DNA of 64,000 nucleotides from an uncultured Gammaproteobacteria bacterium. Its GTDB lineage: Bacteria > Patescibacteriota > Microgenomatia > Daviesbacterales > UBA10151. Both the position numbers and the translations under genes were made by a program. The notes beneath the pieces were generated by a model. It had not been told where the DNA came from, did no database searches, and saw only the letters and a program-made list of their open reading frames with translations. The stretch is taken from NCBI GenBank assembly GCA_964649615.1, contig CAZYPW010000001.1, positions 33,557-97,556 on the forward strand, written 5' to 3'. The stretch's first letter is position 1. Every line of letters begins with the position of its first letter. Positions 38,196-46,305 of this stretch are shown in pieces.

Positions 38196-38897
38196 TTAGA
38201 CTTTTGTTTTTAGAGAGTTATTGCCTCTGTTATACTTACCCCTCAATACTTGAGCTTTCTCTGGCAAGATATAAGCATTTCGGAGGGTAGTTTCAATAAT
38301 ATCCAGTCCAGTGTTCAGCTCTTCTTCAAGCGGTTCTTGTAATTCATGAGCAGAAGCATTTCCCATATATCTATTAAGATGGAGTAACTCTGCTTCTTGA
38401 TCAGTCATCAAACCCATCTTGGCTAATCCGTCAATTTTTTTCTCAAGGTCACCAGTAATTATACCTTTATCTTTACATATTGCTTCGATAACGGCTCGCA
38501 TACCAATACTTGTAAGTATTGGTAATTTTTTATTAAAGGCCGTGACACACTCTTTGTATATTCTTGCAACAATTTTAGGTATATAGTGATGATCTTCTAT
38601 TGGGGTTTTTGTTTCGTGAGGGGATGGATAAATTGTTGTAACTACATCAAACTCTCCAGTTTGAGGATTATAATCTTCACTAAATACGTATTCTTCTAAA
38701 AGGCAAACCGCCTCACAGCCTTGACATTGGAGCGTATAGAAGGTAGAGACTGTCCACATCCCATCCTCGTTGTCCCAACTATCCTTTTTTTGAACTTTAA
38801 ATAAAATTTTGTGATTGGTGGCTTGCTTGCATATCCTGCAAAAAATCTTTCTCGTTTCTTCTATATTCTTTTTTCGAGTTTTGCTTAGTGGACTCAT
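38196..38897 (-). CDS. DUF4145-domain protein with an N-terminal CxxC...CxxC zinc ribbon.
   Basis: N-terminal CRICKQ...CQGCEA. C-terminal helical domain ending ...NRYMGNASAHEL (DUF4145-like). Confidence 0.5.
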   Translation of the reverse strand: MSPLSKTRKKNIEETRKIFCRICKQATNHKILFKVQKKDSWDNEDGMWTVSTFYTLQCQGCEAVCLLEEYVFSEDYNPQTGEFDVVTTIYPSPHETKTPIEDHHYIPKIVARIYKECVTAFNKKLPILTSIGMRAVIEAICKDKGIITGDLEKKIDGLAKMGLMTDQEAELLHLNRYMGNASAHELQEPLEEELNTGLDIIETTLRNAYILPEKAQVLRGKYNRGNNSLKTKV

Positions 38898-39002
38898 TCA
38901 GCAGATGTTACCACATTTTTAGATTCTAACTTCTTACAAACCCAGCAGGGTCTAAGGTAGAAAGTTTATTATAAAGACTTACTACAACTTGTTCATTTAT
39001 CA

Positions 39003-39042
39003 AAAATGAAGCTAAGTTCGAGTAAGAACTATCTGGCTCCCC
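39003..39042. repeat. attR-like direct repeat overlapping the 3' end of tRNA-Asn.
   Basis: See 28663-28740. Confidence 0.7.
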
Positions 39043-39304
39043 CGCGTGGATTCGAACCACGAACCTTGATCTTACAAGTGCTCCTAATTTACATCAGGAC
39101 TTGGACTATCTCATAACCTTAGCTTTCTTTAGGTTCCGGGCGTATAGTCTCTGAACCTTCCCCGATTTCATCGGGGCTTGGCTGCGGATTATCCTTCGAT
39201 TACACTCAGGACTTCCCGACAATTAACCCAGTTTTTCAACTCCGATTTCTCGGAGAAGCTGCAATATTTTACAGGATCCCGCTCTACCATTGAGCTACAG
39301 GGGA
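39034..39304 (-). tRNA. tRNA-Asn (GUU) interrupted by a 196-nt group I intron in the anticodon loop. Exon 1 is 39271-39304 and exon 2 (with CCA) is 39034-39074.
   Basis: Joined exons: TCCCCTGTAGCTCAATGGTAGAGCGGGATCCTGT|TAAGATCAAGGTTCGTGGTTCGAATCCACGCGGGGGAGCCA. This closely resembles E. coli tRNA-Asn, with anticodon loop CTGTTAA. Confidence 0.75.
39075..39270 (-). other. Group I intron (196 nt, no ORF).
   Basis: The 5' exon ends in U and pairs with the internal guide GCAG, giving a U-G wobble at the splice site. A P2 hairpin CTCCGA-GAAA-TCGGAG is present. Conserved R element GTTCAGAGACTATA and S element GAGATAGTCC form P7. The intron ends in G. Confidence 0.75.
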
Positions 39305-39557
39305 ATATATTAAATTTTTAATGAACCTTTTCCCATGTAGCAACAACCCGCTCTTCCTGGGTGAACTTGAAATTATATTTCTGCTTCGCAGATAAAATGT
39401 TGTTCACCCGCTTAAATGTCATTTAGACATTTAAGCCCATTTCGCTACAGGGGATTGTTAATGTACCTTTGGAATTTTACCATTTTAAAGACTCTAAATC
39501 TATATTTCTGAACCTATATATTCAAACCTGGGTTTTTTAATTCCCAGAACTTCCACT

Positions 39558-40829
39558 TCAGGCTATATTATATAATTTATTCAGGAAATAAATCATTGGT
39601 AATAGTGAGACAAAAAATAAAGCAAAACTTACTAGGATTAATTTCTTTCTAATTAATCCCATTTTAGGCATTAATTCAGAAGTTGTTTTTGAGATAATTT
39701 TAGCTAACCACCACAAATTAAAACTCCACAACATCACATTAGCTAAAAAGTAAAGATAAATATGTTTTGTTTGATAGGGAGGGGTACTATAAAGCTTACC
39801 CAATAAAATATCTGGGGCAAAAAATAAATAAAAGCTAATCAAAACTATTGCTCCTAAAATAGCATAAATAAAAATTCTTTTGTCCCTTTCTAAAATAGCT
39901 AAGGGAATTATCCAAACTAAATACTGGGAAGCAATACCAAAATAAGCAGTTAAAAATAAAAGATAAATAATCAGGCAAGCTTTAGCTAAATGTTTCCAGC
40001 CTGCTAAAAGCATTATCAAAGCAGTAGCTGAGTAGAGAAAAATAAATTTGCTGGCAGATAAAAAATCAGCAGCTAAAGGTAGGGTAGTTTGAGCATTATG
40101 TTGATACCAAAGCCCCCTTAAAATAGCTGCATAAGAAATATCTCCTATGCCAGAATAAGTTAAGGTACGGGTTAAAATCTGCACAGGGTTTTGCACTATA
40201 AAAGGAATAAAGCTGATCATTAATGGAGATAAAATTAATCCTAGATAAGTAATTTTTTGTTTAAAAGTGCTATTTTTGTACAGTATAAAAAGAGGAATCA
40301 GCATAGCTGGATTGGGTTTAATGGCCAAAGCTATTCCTAAACTTAAAGCACTGAAATAAGTATGGGTTTTTTTGGAGCTAAAAGTTATAAGATAAATTGC
40401 TAAAACTGTGAGCATAGAGGTGATGGAGTCAAGCTGGCCATGGGCAGAAGAAATTAAGATAGAGATAGGATTTAAAAGATAAAAAACACTCCATAAAGCA
40501 GCCTGAGGGGGTTTAACTTTAATTTTAACTAAAAACTTATAAATCAGGAAGCTGCAGATAAAATCTGCTAAATTAGGCCATAGTTTAAAAACTGCCACAA
40601 AAGACATCTGCCAGACTGCAGAGATCTTCATGGATAGGCCTTCCAAAAAAATGGCTAAAGGAGGATAATTATTAAAATCCAAAACTAAATAGGGATTTCT
40701 GCCTTCTAAAAAAGCTGCTCCCATGTTATACATTAGATAAATATCTGCAGTATGCACACTTTGGGAGATAAAAAAGACTCTAATAATTAAGGATGTTAAG
40801 ATACCAAAAATAAAAATAATTTTTACCAT
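39558..40829 (-). CDS. Polytopic membrane protein (>10 TM helices); possibly a GT-C/DUF2029-type glycosyltransferase.
   Basis: Hydrophobicity pattern only. Confidence 0.35.
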   Translation of the reverse strand: MVKIIFIFGILTSLIIRVFFISQSVHTADIYLMYNMGAAFLEGRNPYLVLDFNNYPPLAIFLEGLSMKISAVWQMSFVAVFKLWPNLADFICSFLIYKFLVKIKVKPPQAALWSVFYLLNPISILISSAHGQLDSITSMLTVLAIYLITFSSKKTHTYFSALSLGIALAIKPNPAMLIPLFILYKNSTFKQKITYLGLILSPLMISFIPFIVQNPVQILTRTLTYSGIGDISYAAILRGLWYQHNAQTTLPLAADFLSASKFIFLYSATALIMLLAGWKHLAKACLIIYLLFLTAYFGIASQYLVWIIPLAILERDKRIFIYAILGAIVLISFYLFFAPDILLGKLYSTPPYQTKHIYLYFLANVMLWSFNLWWLAKIISKTTSELMPKMGLIRKKLILVSFALFFVSLLPMIYFLNKLYNIA

Positions 40830-40830
40830 A

Positions 40831-41316
40831 CTAAATTAAGCTTTTTGTTGTATCTACAGTTTGTTGAATTTTTTCCCAATTAGGAGAATTAGCAGGATAA
40901 ATATCACGCAGCCTTTCTAACATTTTAAGATAATTTTTGATTTTTAATTTATCATTTGCATCTGGTGGATAATTTAATTTAGTTTTACCTACAAAAGTAT
41001 TGTAACGGTCAGCAGCATAAGGGATAAACCCTTCTTTTTTAAAATTGATAATAAAAGTAAGCTCTTTAAGCCTTTTTTCCAGCAGTTGGTAGGCGTATTC
41101 TTTTTTCAGATTATTTGGTATAAAAGTTAGCTTAATTTGCTCATAACCTCTTTTTAAAGGATAGATTAAAAGATTAGGGTTAATTTGTTCGTAACTTATA
41201 AATCCAAAGGATTTAAGTTCATCCTCAGTTAAAAAAGTTTTTTCTTTAGCAAAAGCAGTAGAGGAAAGGAAAAATAGTAAGCAAATTAATAAACTTAAAA
41301 TTTTATATTTGGTCAT
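40831..41316 (-). CDS. Secreted hypothetical protein (signal peptide).
   Basis: MTKYKILSLLICLLFFLSSTAFA signal peptide. Confidence 0.4.
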   Translation of the reverse strand: MTKYKILSLLICLLFFLSSTAFAKEKTFLTEDELKSFGFISYEQINPNLLIYPLKRGYEQIKLTFIPNNLKKEYAYQLLEKRLKELTFIINFKKEGFIPYAADRYNTFVGKTKLNYPPDANDKLKIKNYLKMLERLRDIYPANSPNWEKIQQTVDTTKSLI

Positions 41317-41337
41317 TTTATATATAATAGCCTGTAT

Positions 41338-41808
41338 ATGAAATCTATTCTAGAGATTAGCCAGTTATCCTGGCTTTCTCAAAAACTAAAAAGGGAACAT
41401 AAAAAGATAGTATTGGTAGGCGGCTGTTTTGATGTGATACATCCTGGCCATATTATCTTTTTAGAAAAAGCTAAAAGAGCGGGAGACATTTTAATTGTTC
41501 TTTTAGAAAGTGACCAAAAAATCAAGCTGTTAAAAGGTATTAATAGGCCTTTTTTTACTCAACTAGATAGGGTAGAAGTGTTATCTTCCATTAAATTTGT
41601 TGATTTTGTGGTGCTTTTGCCTTTTATAAGCAAAGACAAAGAGTATGATCAATTAATTTTAAAGATTAAACCAGACATCATAGCTGCTACCAAAAATTCC
41701 TCAGGAAACAAACATCCAATAAGAGCAGCCAAACTGGTGGGAGCACAACTAAAATATGTTACTAAAATAGTAGGAAACTATTCCACCAGTAGAATTCTGA
41801 ATAAATAA
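41338..41808 (+). CDS. HIGH-motif cytidylyl/adenylyltransferase-family protein (RfaE-domain-II/TagD-like).
   Basis: VLVGGCFDVIHPGHIIFLEKAK. Confidence 0.6.
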   Translation: MKSILEISQLSWLSQKLKREHKKIVLVGGCFDVIHPGHIIFLEKAKRAGDILIVLLESDQKIKLLKGINRPFFTQLDRVEVLSSIKFVDFVVLLPFISKDKEYDQLILKIKPDIIAATKNSSGNKHPIRAAKLVGAQLKYVTKIVGNYSTSRILNK

Positions 41809-41826
41809 TTTGTAATATAATAGTTT

Positions 41827-42495
41827 GTGAGAACTTCTTTATTCGCCCTTTTTTTAATAACTCTCTTGGGATTTGTGGCCTTTTCCTATACTGTGGCCAA
41901 AGAAAGCTGGCAAAGAATAGATTTTGATACCACTGTCAAAATACAAGACCGTATCCCTAAGCAGTTTGATGATAAATTTTCTTATTTTTCACTTTTGGGT
42001 AGTGCAGAAGCAACTGTGGGTTTTTGTTTAATTATGGCACTGCTGGCTTTAATCAGGCTTAAATTATTTTCTCTTTTAGGATGGTTAATGATAATTCCAG
42101 CTTCAGCAGTTGAGGTTTTTGGAAAATTAGTGCTTTATCATCCAGGCCCGCCTAGGTTTTTCCAGCGGACTACTTTAGCCACCCACCTGCCCTCATTTTA
42201 TGTCCATACTGAATTTTCTTACCCTTCAGGGCATATGACCAGGACTATTTTTATCATCACCACTTTAATTTGCCTTACTTTTACTTCAAAAATTAACTCT
42301 TTAGTTAAATACTTTTTAATATTCAGCCTACTAGGTTTGGGATTTTTAATGGCTTTAACCCGAGTTTCTTTAGGGGAACATTGGTTGTCAGATGTTTTAG
42401 GAGGCAGTTTACTGGGAGTCTCTATGGGGTTTTTGGCAGCCATGTTGCTTTTATCGCGAAGAGAGAAACTTGCTTCATTGCCTAAGAGGGTGTAA
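41827..42495 (+). CDS. PAP2-family membrane phosphatase.
   Basis: YPSGHMTRT and SLGEHWLSDVLGG motifs. Confidence 0.7.
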   Translation: MRTSLFALFLITLLGFVAFSYTVAKESWQRIDFDTTVKIQDRIPKQFDDKFSYFSLLGSAEATVGFCLIMALLALIRLKLFSLLGWLMIIPASAVEVFGKLVLYHPGPPRFFQRTTLATHLPSFYVHTEFSYPSGHMTRTIFIITTLICLTFTSKINSLVKYFLIFSLLGLGFLMALTRVSLGEHWLSDVLGGSLLGVSMGFLAAMLLLSRREKLASLPKRV

Positions 42496-42519
42496 GATTA
42501 CTCCAAGCTGCCTAGGGAG

Positions 42520-42768
42520 GTGATGTTTTTGAATAGAAACGTAACGATTGTAGTAATCATCCTAGTGCTGGTAGTAATTGCGGGATATCTGGTATGGCTT
42601 AGAAGTAAATATCAGCCAACTGTTTCACCAAAAGTTCAGACTGAGGAGAATATGGTGGAGGAAACACCTGCTGCTACTTCATCAGCTCAAAGCGCTACTT
42701 CATCTGCTCAAGAGGCAACTGGATCAGTGAAGGAGAAAAGTTCCACCCCCAGTTCTACTAATAATTAG
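42520..42768 (+). CDS. Small membrane protein with a Ser/Thr-rich tail.
   Basis: ORF with one TM. Confidence 0.3.
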   Translation: MMFLNRNVTIVVIILVLVVIAGYLVWLRSKYQPTVSPKVQTEENMVEETPAATSSAQSATSSAQEATGSVKEKSSTPSSTNN

Positions 42769-42792
42769 TATCAGGTATAATACTTATTACTC

Positions 42793-43731
42793 ATGGATAA
42801 TTCTCAGGTAGAGAAACTCATTATCATAGGTTCTGGTCCTGCTGGCTTAACAGCCAGCATTTATGCTGCTAGGGGAGCTTTAAGCCCTCTGGTAATAGCA
42901 GGTAGGGAAGCAGGAGGGCAGTTGATGCTGACCACAGATGTGGATGATTACCCTGGATTTGAAGAAGGCATCCAGGGACCAGATTTAATGGCTAAATTTA
43001 GAAAACAAGCAAAGAGATTTGAGACTAGATTTATTAATGAGGATGTTTTATCAGTTGATTTAAAATCCAAGCCGTTTGTAATTAAAACTGAAACCTACAA
43101 CCTACAAACTATAACCTTAATTATTGCCACTGGCGCATCTGCTATGTGGTTGGGGTTAGAATCTGAAACTAGATTAAGAGGCAAAGGAGTCTCTTCTTGT
43201 GCAGTATGTGATGGATTTTTCTTTAAGGGTAAAAATGTGATGGTGGTTGGAGGGGGGGATACGGCCATGAGAGAGGCACAGTATCTGTCTAAAATCTGTA
43301 AAACAGTCACTGTAGTACACAGAAGAGATACATTGAGGGCCCAACCTGTGCTTGTTGAGTTAGTCAAATCAAAACCTAATGTAAAATTTATCTGGAATAC
43401 CACAGTAGAAGAGTTTATAGGACGAGACAAAGTGGAGAAAGTGAGGTTAAAAAATACTCAGGATCAAACTACCTCTGAAGTGGTCATAGATGGGGTGTTT
43501 GTCGCAATTGGACATAAACCAAATACTGATTTTTTAAAAGGACAAGTTGACTTGGATAAAAAAGGGTATGTAGTAGTTCATGATGAAACGCTAACTTCTG
43601 TGGAAGGAGTATTTGTGGCAGGAGATGTGGCAGATTATACTTACAGGCAGGCTGTTACAGCAGCCGGAGCAGGCTGCAAAGCAGCGCTGGATGTAGAGGA
43701 ATACCTGGAAAATTTAAAAATTGGTGCTTAA
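42793..43731 (+). CDS. trxB: Thioredoxin-disulfide reductase.
   Basis: GSGPAGLTASIYAARG, redox-active CAVCDG, and a second nucleotide-binding site VVGGGDTAMREAQYL. Confidence 0.9.
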   Translation: MDNSQVEKLIIIGSGPAGLTASIYAARGALSPLVIAGREAGGQLMLTTDVDDYPGFEEGIQGPDLMAKFRKQAKRFETRFINEDVLSVDLKSKPFVIKTETYNLQTITLIIATGASAMWLGLESETRLRGKGVSSCAVCDGFFFKGKNVMVVGGGDTAMREAQYLSKICKTVTVVHRRDTLRAQPVLVELVKSKPNVKFIWNTTVEEFIGRDKVEKVRLKNTQDQTTSEVVIDGVFVAIGHKPNTDFLKGQVDLDKKGYVVVHDETLTSVEGVFVAGDVADYTYRQAVTAAGAGCKAALDVEEYLENLKIGA

Positions 43732-44147
43732 GGTAAAGTAGAGATACCAACTTTTTTAAAATCTGAATCTAAAGAGATTACTGACTCAATATCGAATTTT
43801 CTAACTAAAGCAATAGTTGTAGCATCAGTTAAAGATAATCTATGTTCTGAGTATTTTTGAACCAGTTCAAAGGCCTCTGATTGAATTTCTTCATCAACCC
43901 AAAGCTGGGTAATTCCACCTAAATAAAGGTTTTCAGAGAAGTTTTTAATAAACTTAGCGACAACCTTTGGATTCGTTCTTTGAATAAGTCGAGTAACGGT
44001 TTCATCGATTATATCGTTTGAGGTAAAAATGCTTGTATGTGTTTTAACGAATCCTTTCAGAAGATTCTTAATCCTAATATGGCCTGATTCATCCGATAGA
44101 TAATAAGCAATCCATCCTGAAGTATCGATGAAAATTTTTCTATACAT
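43728..44147 (-). CDS. PIN-domain toxin (VapC-like).
   Basis: IFIDTSGWIAYY...TSNDIIDET...SLTDATTIALV...ISLDSDF. Confidence 0.7.
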   Translation of the reverse strand: MYRKIFIDTSGWIAYYLSDESGHIRIKNLLKGFVKTHTSIFTSNDIIDETVTRLIQRTNPKVVAKFIKNFSENLYLGGITQLWVDEEIQSEAFELVQKYSEHRLSLTDATTIALVRKFDIESVISLDSDFKKVGISTLP

Positions 44148-44151
44148 TACA

Positions 44152-44406
44152 TTAATCTATTAAGTAGATTTCATCAATATTTTTTGAGATATTTTTTGAG
44201 CCGCCCTTGGCCATACCAGCCATTTTTAAAAGAGGATTATTTTTGATCCTTCTTTTTTCTGCGGCTGCAATTAATTTTTCATATTCACGAGCCATTTTAT
44301 CAATAATGTCTCTGATGATTTGAGAACGTGATAGATCGGTCAGCTTAGATAATCGATCCAAAGTATTTACAGAATTAGGATTTAAATATATTTGATATCT
44401 ATTCAT
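44152..44406 (-). CDS. Ribbon-helix-helix (CopG/VapB-like) antitoxin. The start is taken at the internal Met.
   Basis: MNRYQIYLNPNSVNTLDRLSKLTDLSRSQIIRDIIDKMA. It ends 5 nt before the PIN gene start. Confidence 0.55.
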   Translation of the reverse strand: MNRYQIYLNPNSVNTLDRLSKLTDLSRSQIIRDIIDKMAREYEKLIAAAEKRRIKNNPLLKMAGMAKGGSKNISKNIDEIYLID

Positions 44407-44545
44407 ATATACACCGTAACATATATGGTGTATATAGTCAAATATATTGAAATTAGGTACAAACTTTGATGCCCGTCTCGCCAAAGGCGGACGAGGCGAG
44501 CAGAAGAGTACTTGGAAAATTTAAAATAAGTGTTAATATATATAA

Positions 44546-44974
44546 ATGAAGCTTCTAAATTATTTAATAAAACTTCTTCCGACTAAACCTATTTATGCCC
44601 ATTGTGATATCCCCTGCGGCATTTATGATCCGCATAATGCTCAACTGGCCTCACAAACTGTTTTAAAGATGGTCCAAAAAATAAATGAACTTCCTAAAGA
44701 AAACCCAACTATTGTAGATAGAAATAACTTCGTCAGAATGGTAAAGGTGAAGGAGGAGCATGCAGAACTTTGTAAGAAAGAAGTATTGATTTTATGGACA
44801 GATTATTTTAAAGAAGAACACTTAGAAAAATTTCCAAATCTTCATGATCTGGTTTGGAAAACCACCAAACTTTGTTCAGATAACAAAAGAGCTGTAGATG
44901 AGGTTAAAGCTCAAGAATTAATAGAATCTGTGGATAAGGTTGCAGATATATTTGCTCAAACAAAAAAAGCGTGA
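44546..44974 (+). CDS. sodN: Nickel superoxide dismutase (NiSOD) precursor.
   Basis: Ni-hook HCDIPCGIYDPHNAQ follows a short leader (cleavage after ...IYA). The rest of the protein is similar to Streptomyces SodN. Confidence 0.85.
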   Translation: MKLLNYLIKLLPTKPIYAHCDIPCGIYDPHNAQLASQTVLKMVQKINELPKENPTIVDRNNFVRMVKVKEEHAELCKKEVLILWTDYFKEEHLEKFPNLHDLVWKTTKLCSDNKRAVDEVKAQELIESVDKVADIFAQTKKA

Positions 44975-45255
44975 GCTTCCCTCTTAAAAGATTTACAGTT
45001 TCTGGAAATTCCATGCTGCCAACTCTCAAACCAGGCCAGGATGTTTTGGTTTGGTGTTGGTTTAATAAATATAAAGTGGGGGATATTGTAGCTTTCAAAA
45101 AAAACGGCAAAGAAATGATTAAACGTATTCATTTATATCACGGCCGTAGCATAAGTGTATTAGGGGATAATGAAAAAGAGAGCACTGATAGTAGAAATTT
45201 TGGGTCAATAGAGAAATCTCAAATAATTGGTAAAGTGGTTTGGTTTCAAAGGTAG
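44971..45255 (+). CDS. sodX: S26-family signal-peptidase-like NiSOD maturation protease (SodX).
   Basis: SGNSMLPTLKPGQDVLV...GDIVAF. It overlaps sodN by 4 nt. Confidence 0.8.
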   Translation: MSFPLKRFTVSGNSMLPTLKPGQDVLVWCWFNKYKVGDIVAFKKNGKEMIKRIHLYHGRSISVLGDNEKESTDSRNFGSIEKSQIIGKVVWFQR

Positions 45256-45929
45256 CCATCAAAGCGATCATATCTGATATTTATTTCTTCTATTCCTGAT
45301 TCAATTAACATTAAAGCCACAGCATTTACAAAACTATGTGATCCAGCCAGATAATAAATAGTATTAGGTATTAAGTATTTAGTATTAAGGGAATTTAAGC
45401 GGCCGTTTTGGCTGGAATTGTAATAGATAATAGTTAAGTTTGGTAGATTACTTTTCCATCCCTCTAGCTCTTCTTTAAAAAGAAAGTTATTATCTGAATT
45501 AGAATAAATTAGAGTTATGGAAGTTTGTAACTCATTATCAGCTACATACTTAATAATTGATCTGAAAGGAGTAATGCCCACTCCTCCTGCTATAAATACT
45601 GCATTCTCTGTTTCATCTAAAATAAATGTTCCAGCAGGATGCGAAGATTCTATTTTATCTCCTACCTGTAATTTTTCTACAAATTTTTTAAAAGGGCTGA
45701 TTCCTTTTTTGGGAGTAACCATCAAAAAATCCTCAGTTGGGGAGGAAGAGATAGTGAAAGCTCTGGTATCTCCACTAGGATCTTTTACTGGCAGTTTTAT
45801 ATCTAAATATTGCCCAGCATAAAAATGGAAACCCTGCCTGCCGGCAGGCAGATCTTGAGGTCTTTCCAAAATTAAACAAAGATACTTATCAAAGTATTTT
45901 TTAATATCTTTAATTTTTAAGAGCATCAT
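45246..45929 (-). CDS. FNR-family FAD/NAD(P)-binding oxidoreductase.
   Basis: RAFTISSSP (RxYS-type FAD motif) and AGGVGITPFRS. Confidence 0.7.
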   Translation of the reverse strand: MMLLKIKDIKKYFDKYLCLILERPQDLPAGRQGFHFYAGQYLDIKLPVKDPSGDTRAFTISSSPTEDFLMVTPKKGISPFKKFVEKLQVGDKIESSHPAGTFILDETENAVFIAGGVGITPFRSIIKYVADNELQTSITLIYSNSDNNFLFKEELEGWKSNLPNLTIIYYNSSQNGRLNSLNTKYLIPNTIYYLAGSHSFVNAVALMLIESGIEEINIRYDRFDGYL

Positions 45930-45990
45930 GCTTGGAGTATATTACCAATCCACTTCTCAGGACAAGTCTGTGTGTGAGATAATACTTAAT

Positions 45991-46302
45991 ATGAGTGGCC
46001 CTGTCCCAAAAGAAATTGGTATTGTTACTGAGGTTGATCAACAAGAAGAAGATGTTCATCGAAAGCTTGAAGAACCTTTAGGTCAGTTAGGCCATAAGAA
46101 TGTTTCTACTAAACCAGTCGGCCAGGGACTAATCAGAATAGAAGGCTTAAAAGATGTAGCAAGCTATGCAGGTACTAGTTGGGAGGAAGCCACAGAAGGA
46201 TCAAATATGTCAACAGGTGATAGAGCAACAGATAACAGTAATCCAATTAGTTTAGCACAAGAAAGATTTAAAAGAATGAGACCTAAAAAGGAAGCAGCTT
46301 AG
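45991..46302 (+). CDS. Hypothetical hydrophilic protein; it ends 3 nt before the ATPase gene.
   Basis: ORF only. The start is taken at the internal Met to avoid overlap with the divergent gene. Confidence 0.3.
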   Translation: MSGPVPKEIGIVTEVDQQEEDVHRKLEEPLGQLGHKNVSTKPVGQGLIRIEGLKDVASYAGTSWEEATEGSNMSTGDRATDNSNPISLAQERFKRMRPKKEAA

Positions 46303-46305
46303 TTT

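Larger units (their letters stand above)
28741..39002. mobile_element. Integrative element (~10.3 kb) inserted at the 3' end of tRNA-Asn. It carries a large serine recombinase, an Xis-like HTH, a RepA-like ATPase, iterons, and candidate defence cargo.
   Basis: Bounded by the direct repeats at 28663-28740 and 39003-39042. The gene content is typical of an integrative mobile element. Confidence 0.6.

Noticed and set aside
39440-39462. A second partial tRNA-Asn 5' end (GCTACAGGGGATT) upstream of the intron-containing tRNA.
   Set aside because: Only a ~13-nt match with no tRNA fold. It is recorded as a possible recombination scar and is not annotated.
44461-44500. GC-rich inverted repeat CGTCTCGCCAAAGGCGGACGAGGCGAG (related to GTCCGCCAAAGGCGGAC at 52688-52706), considered as a possible small RNA.
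   Set aside because: It is too short and has no promoter or terminator context. It is better grouped with the dispersed GC-rich mini-repeats.
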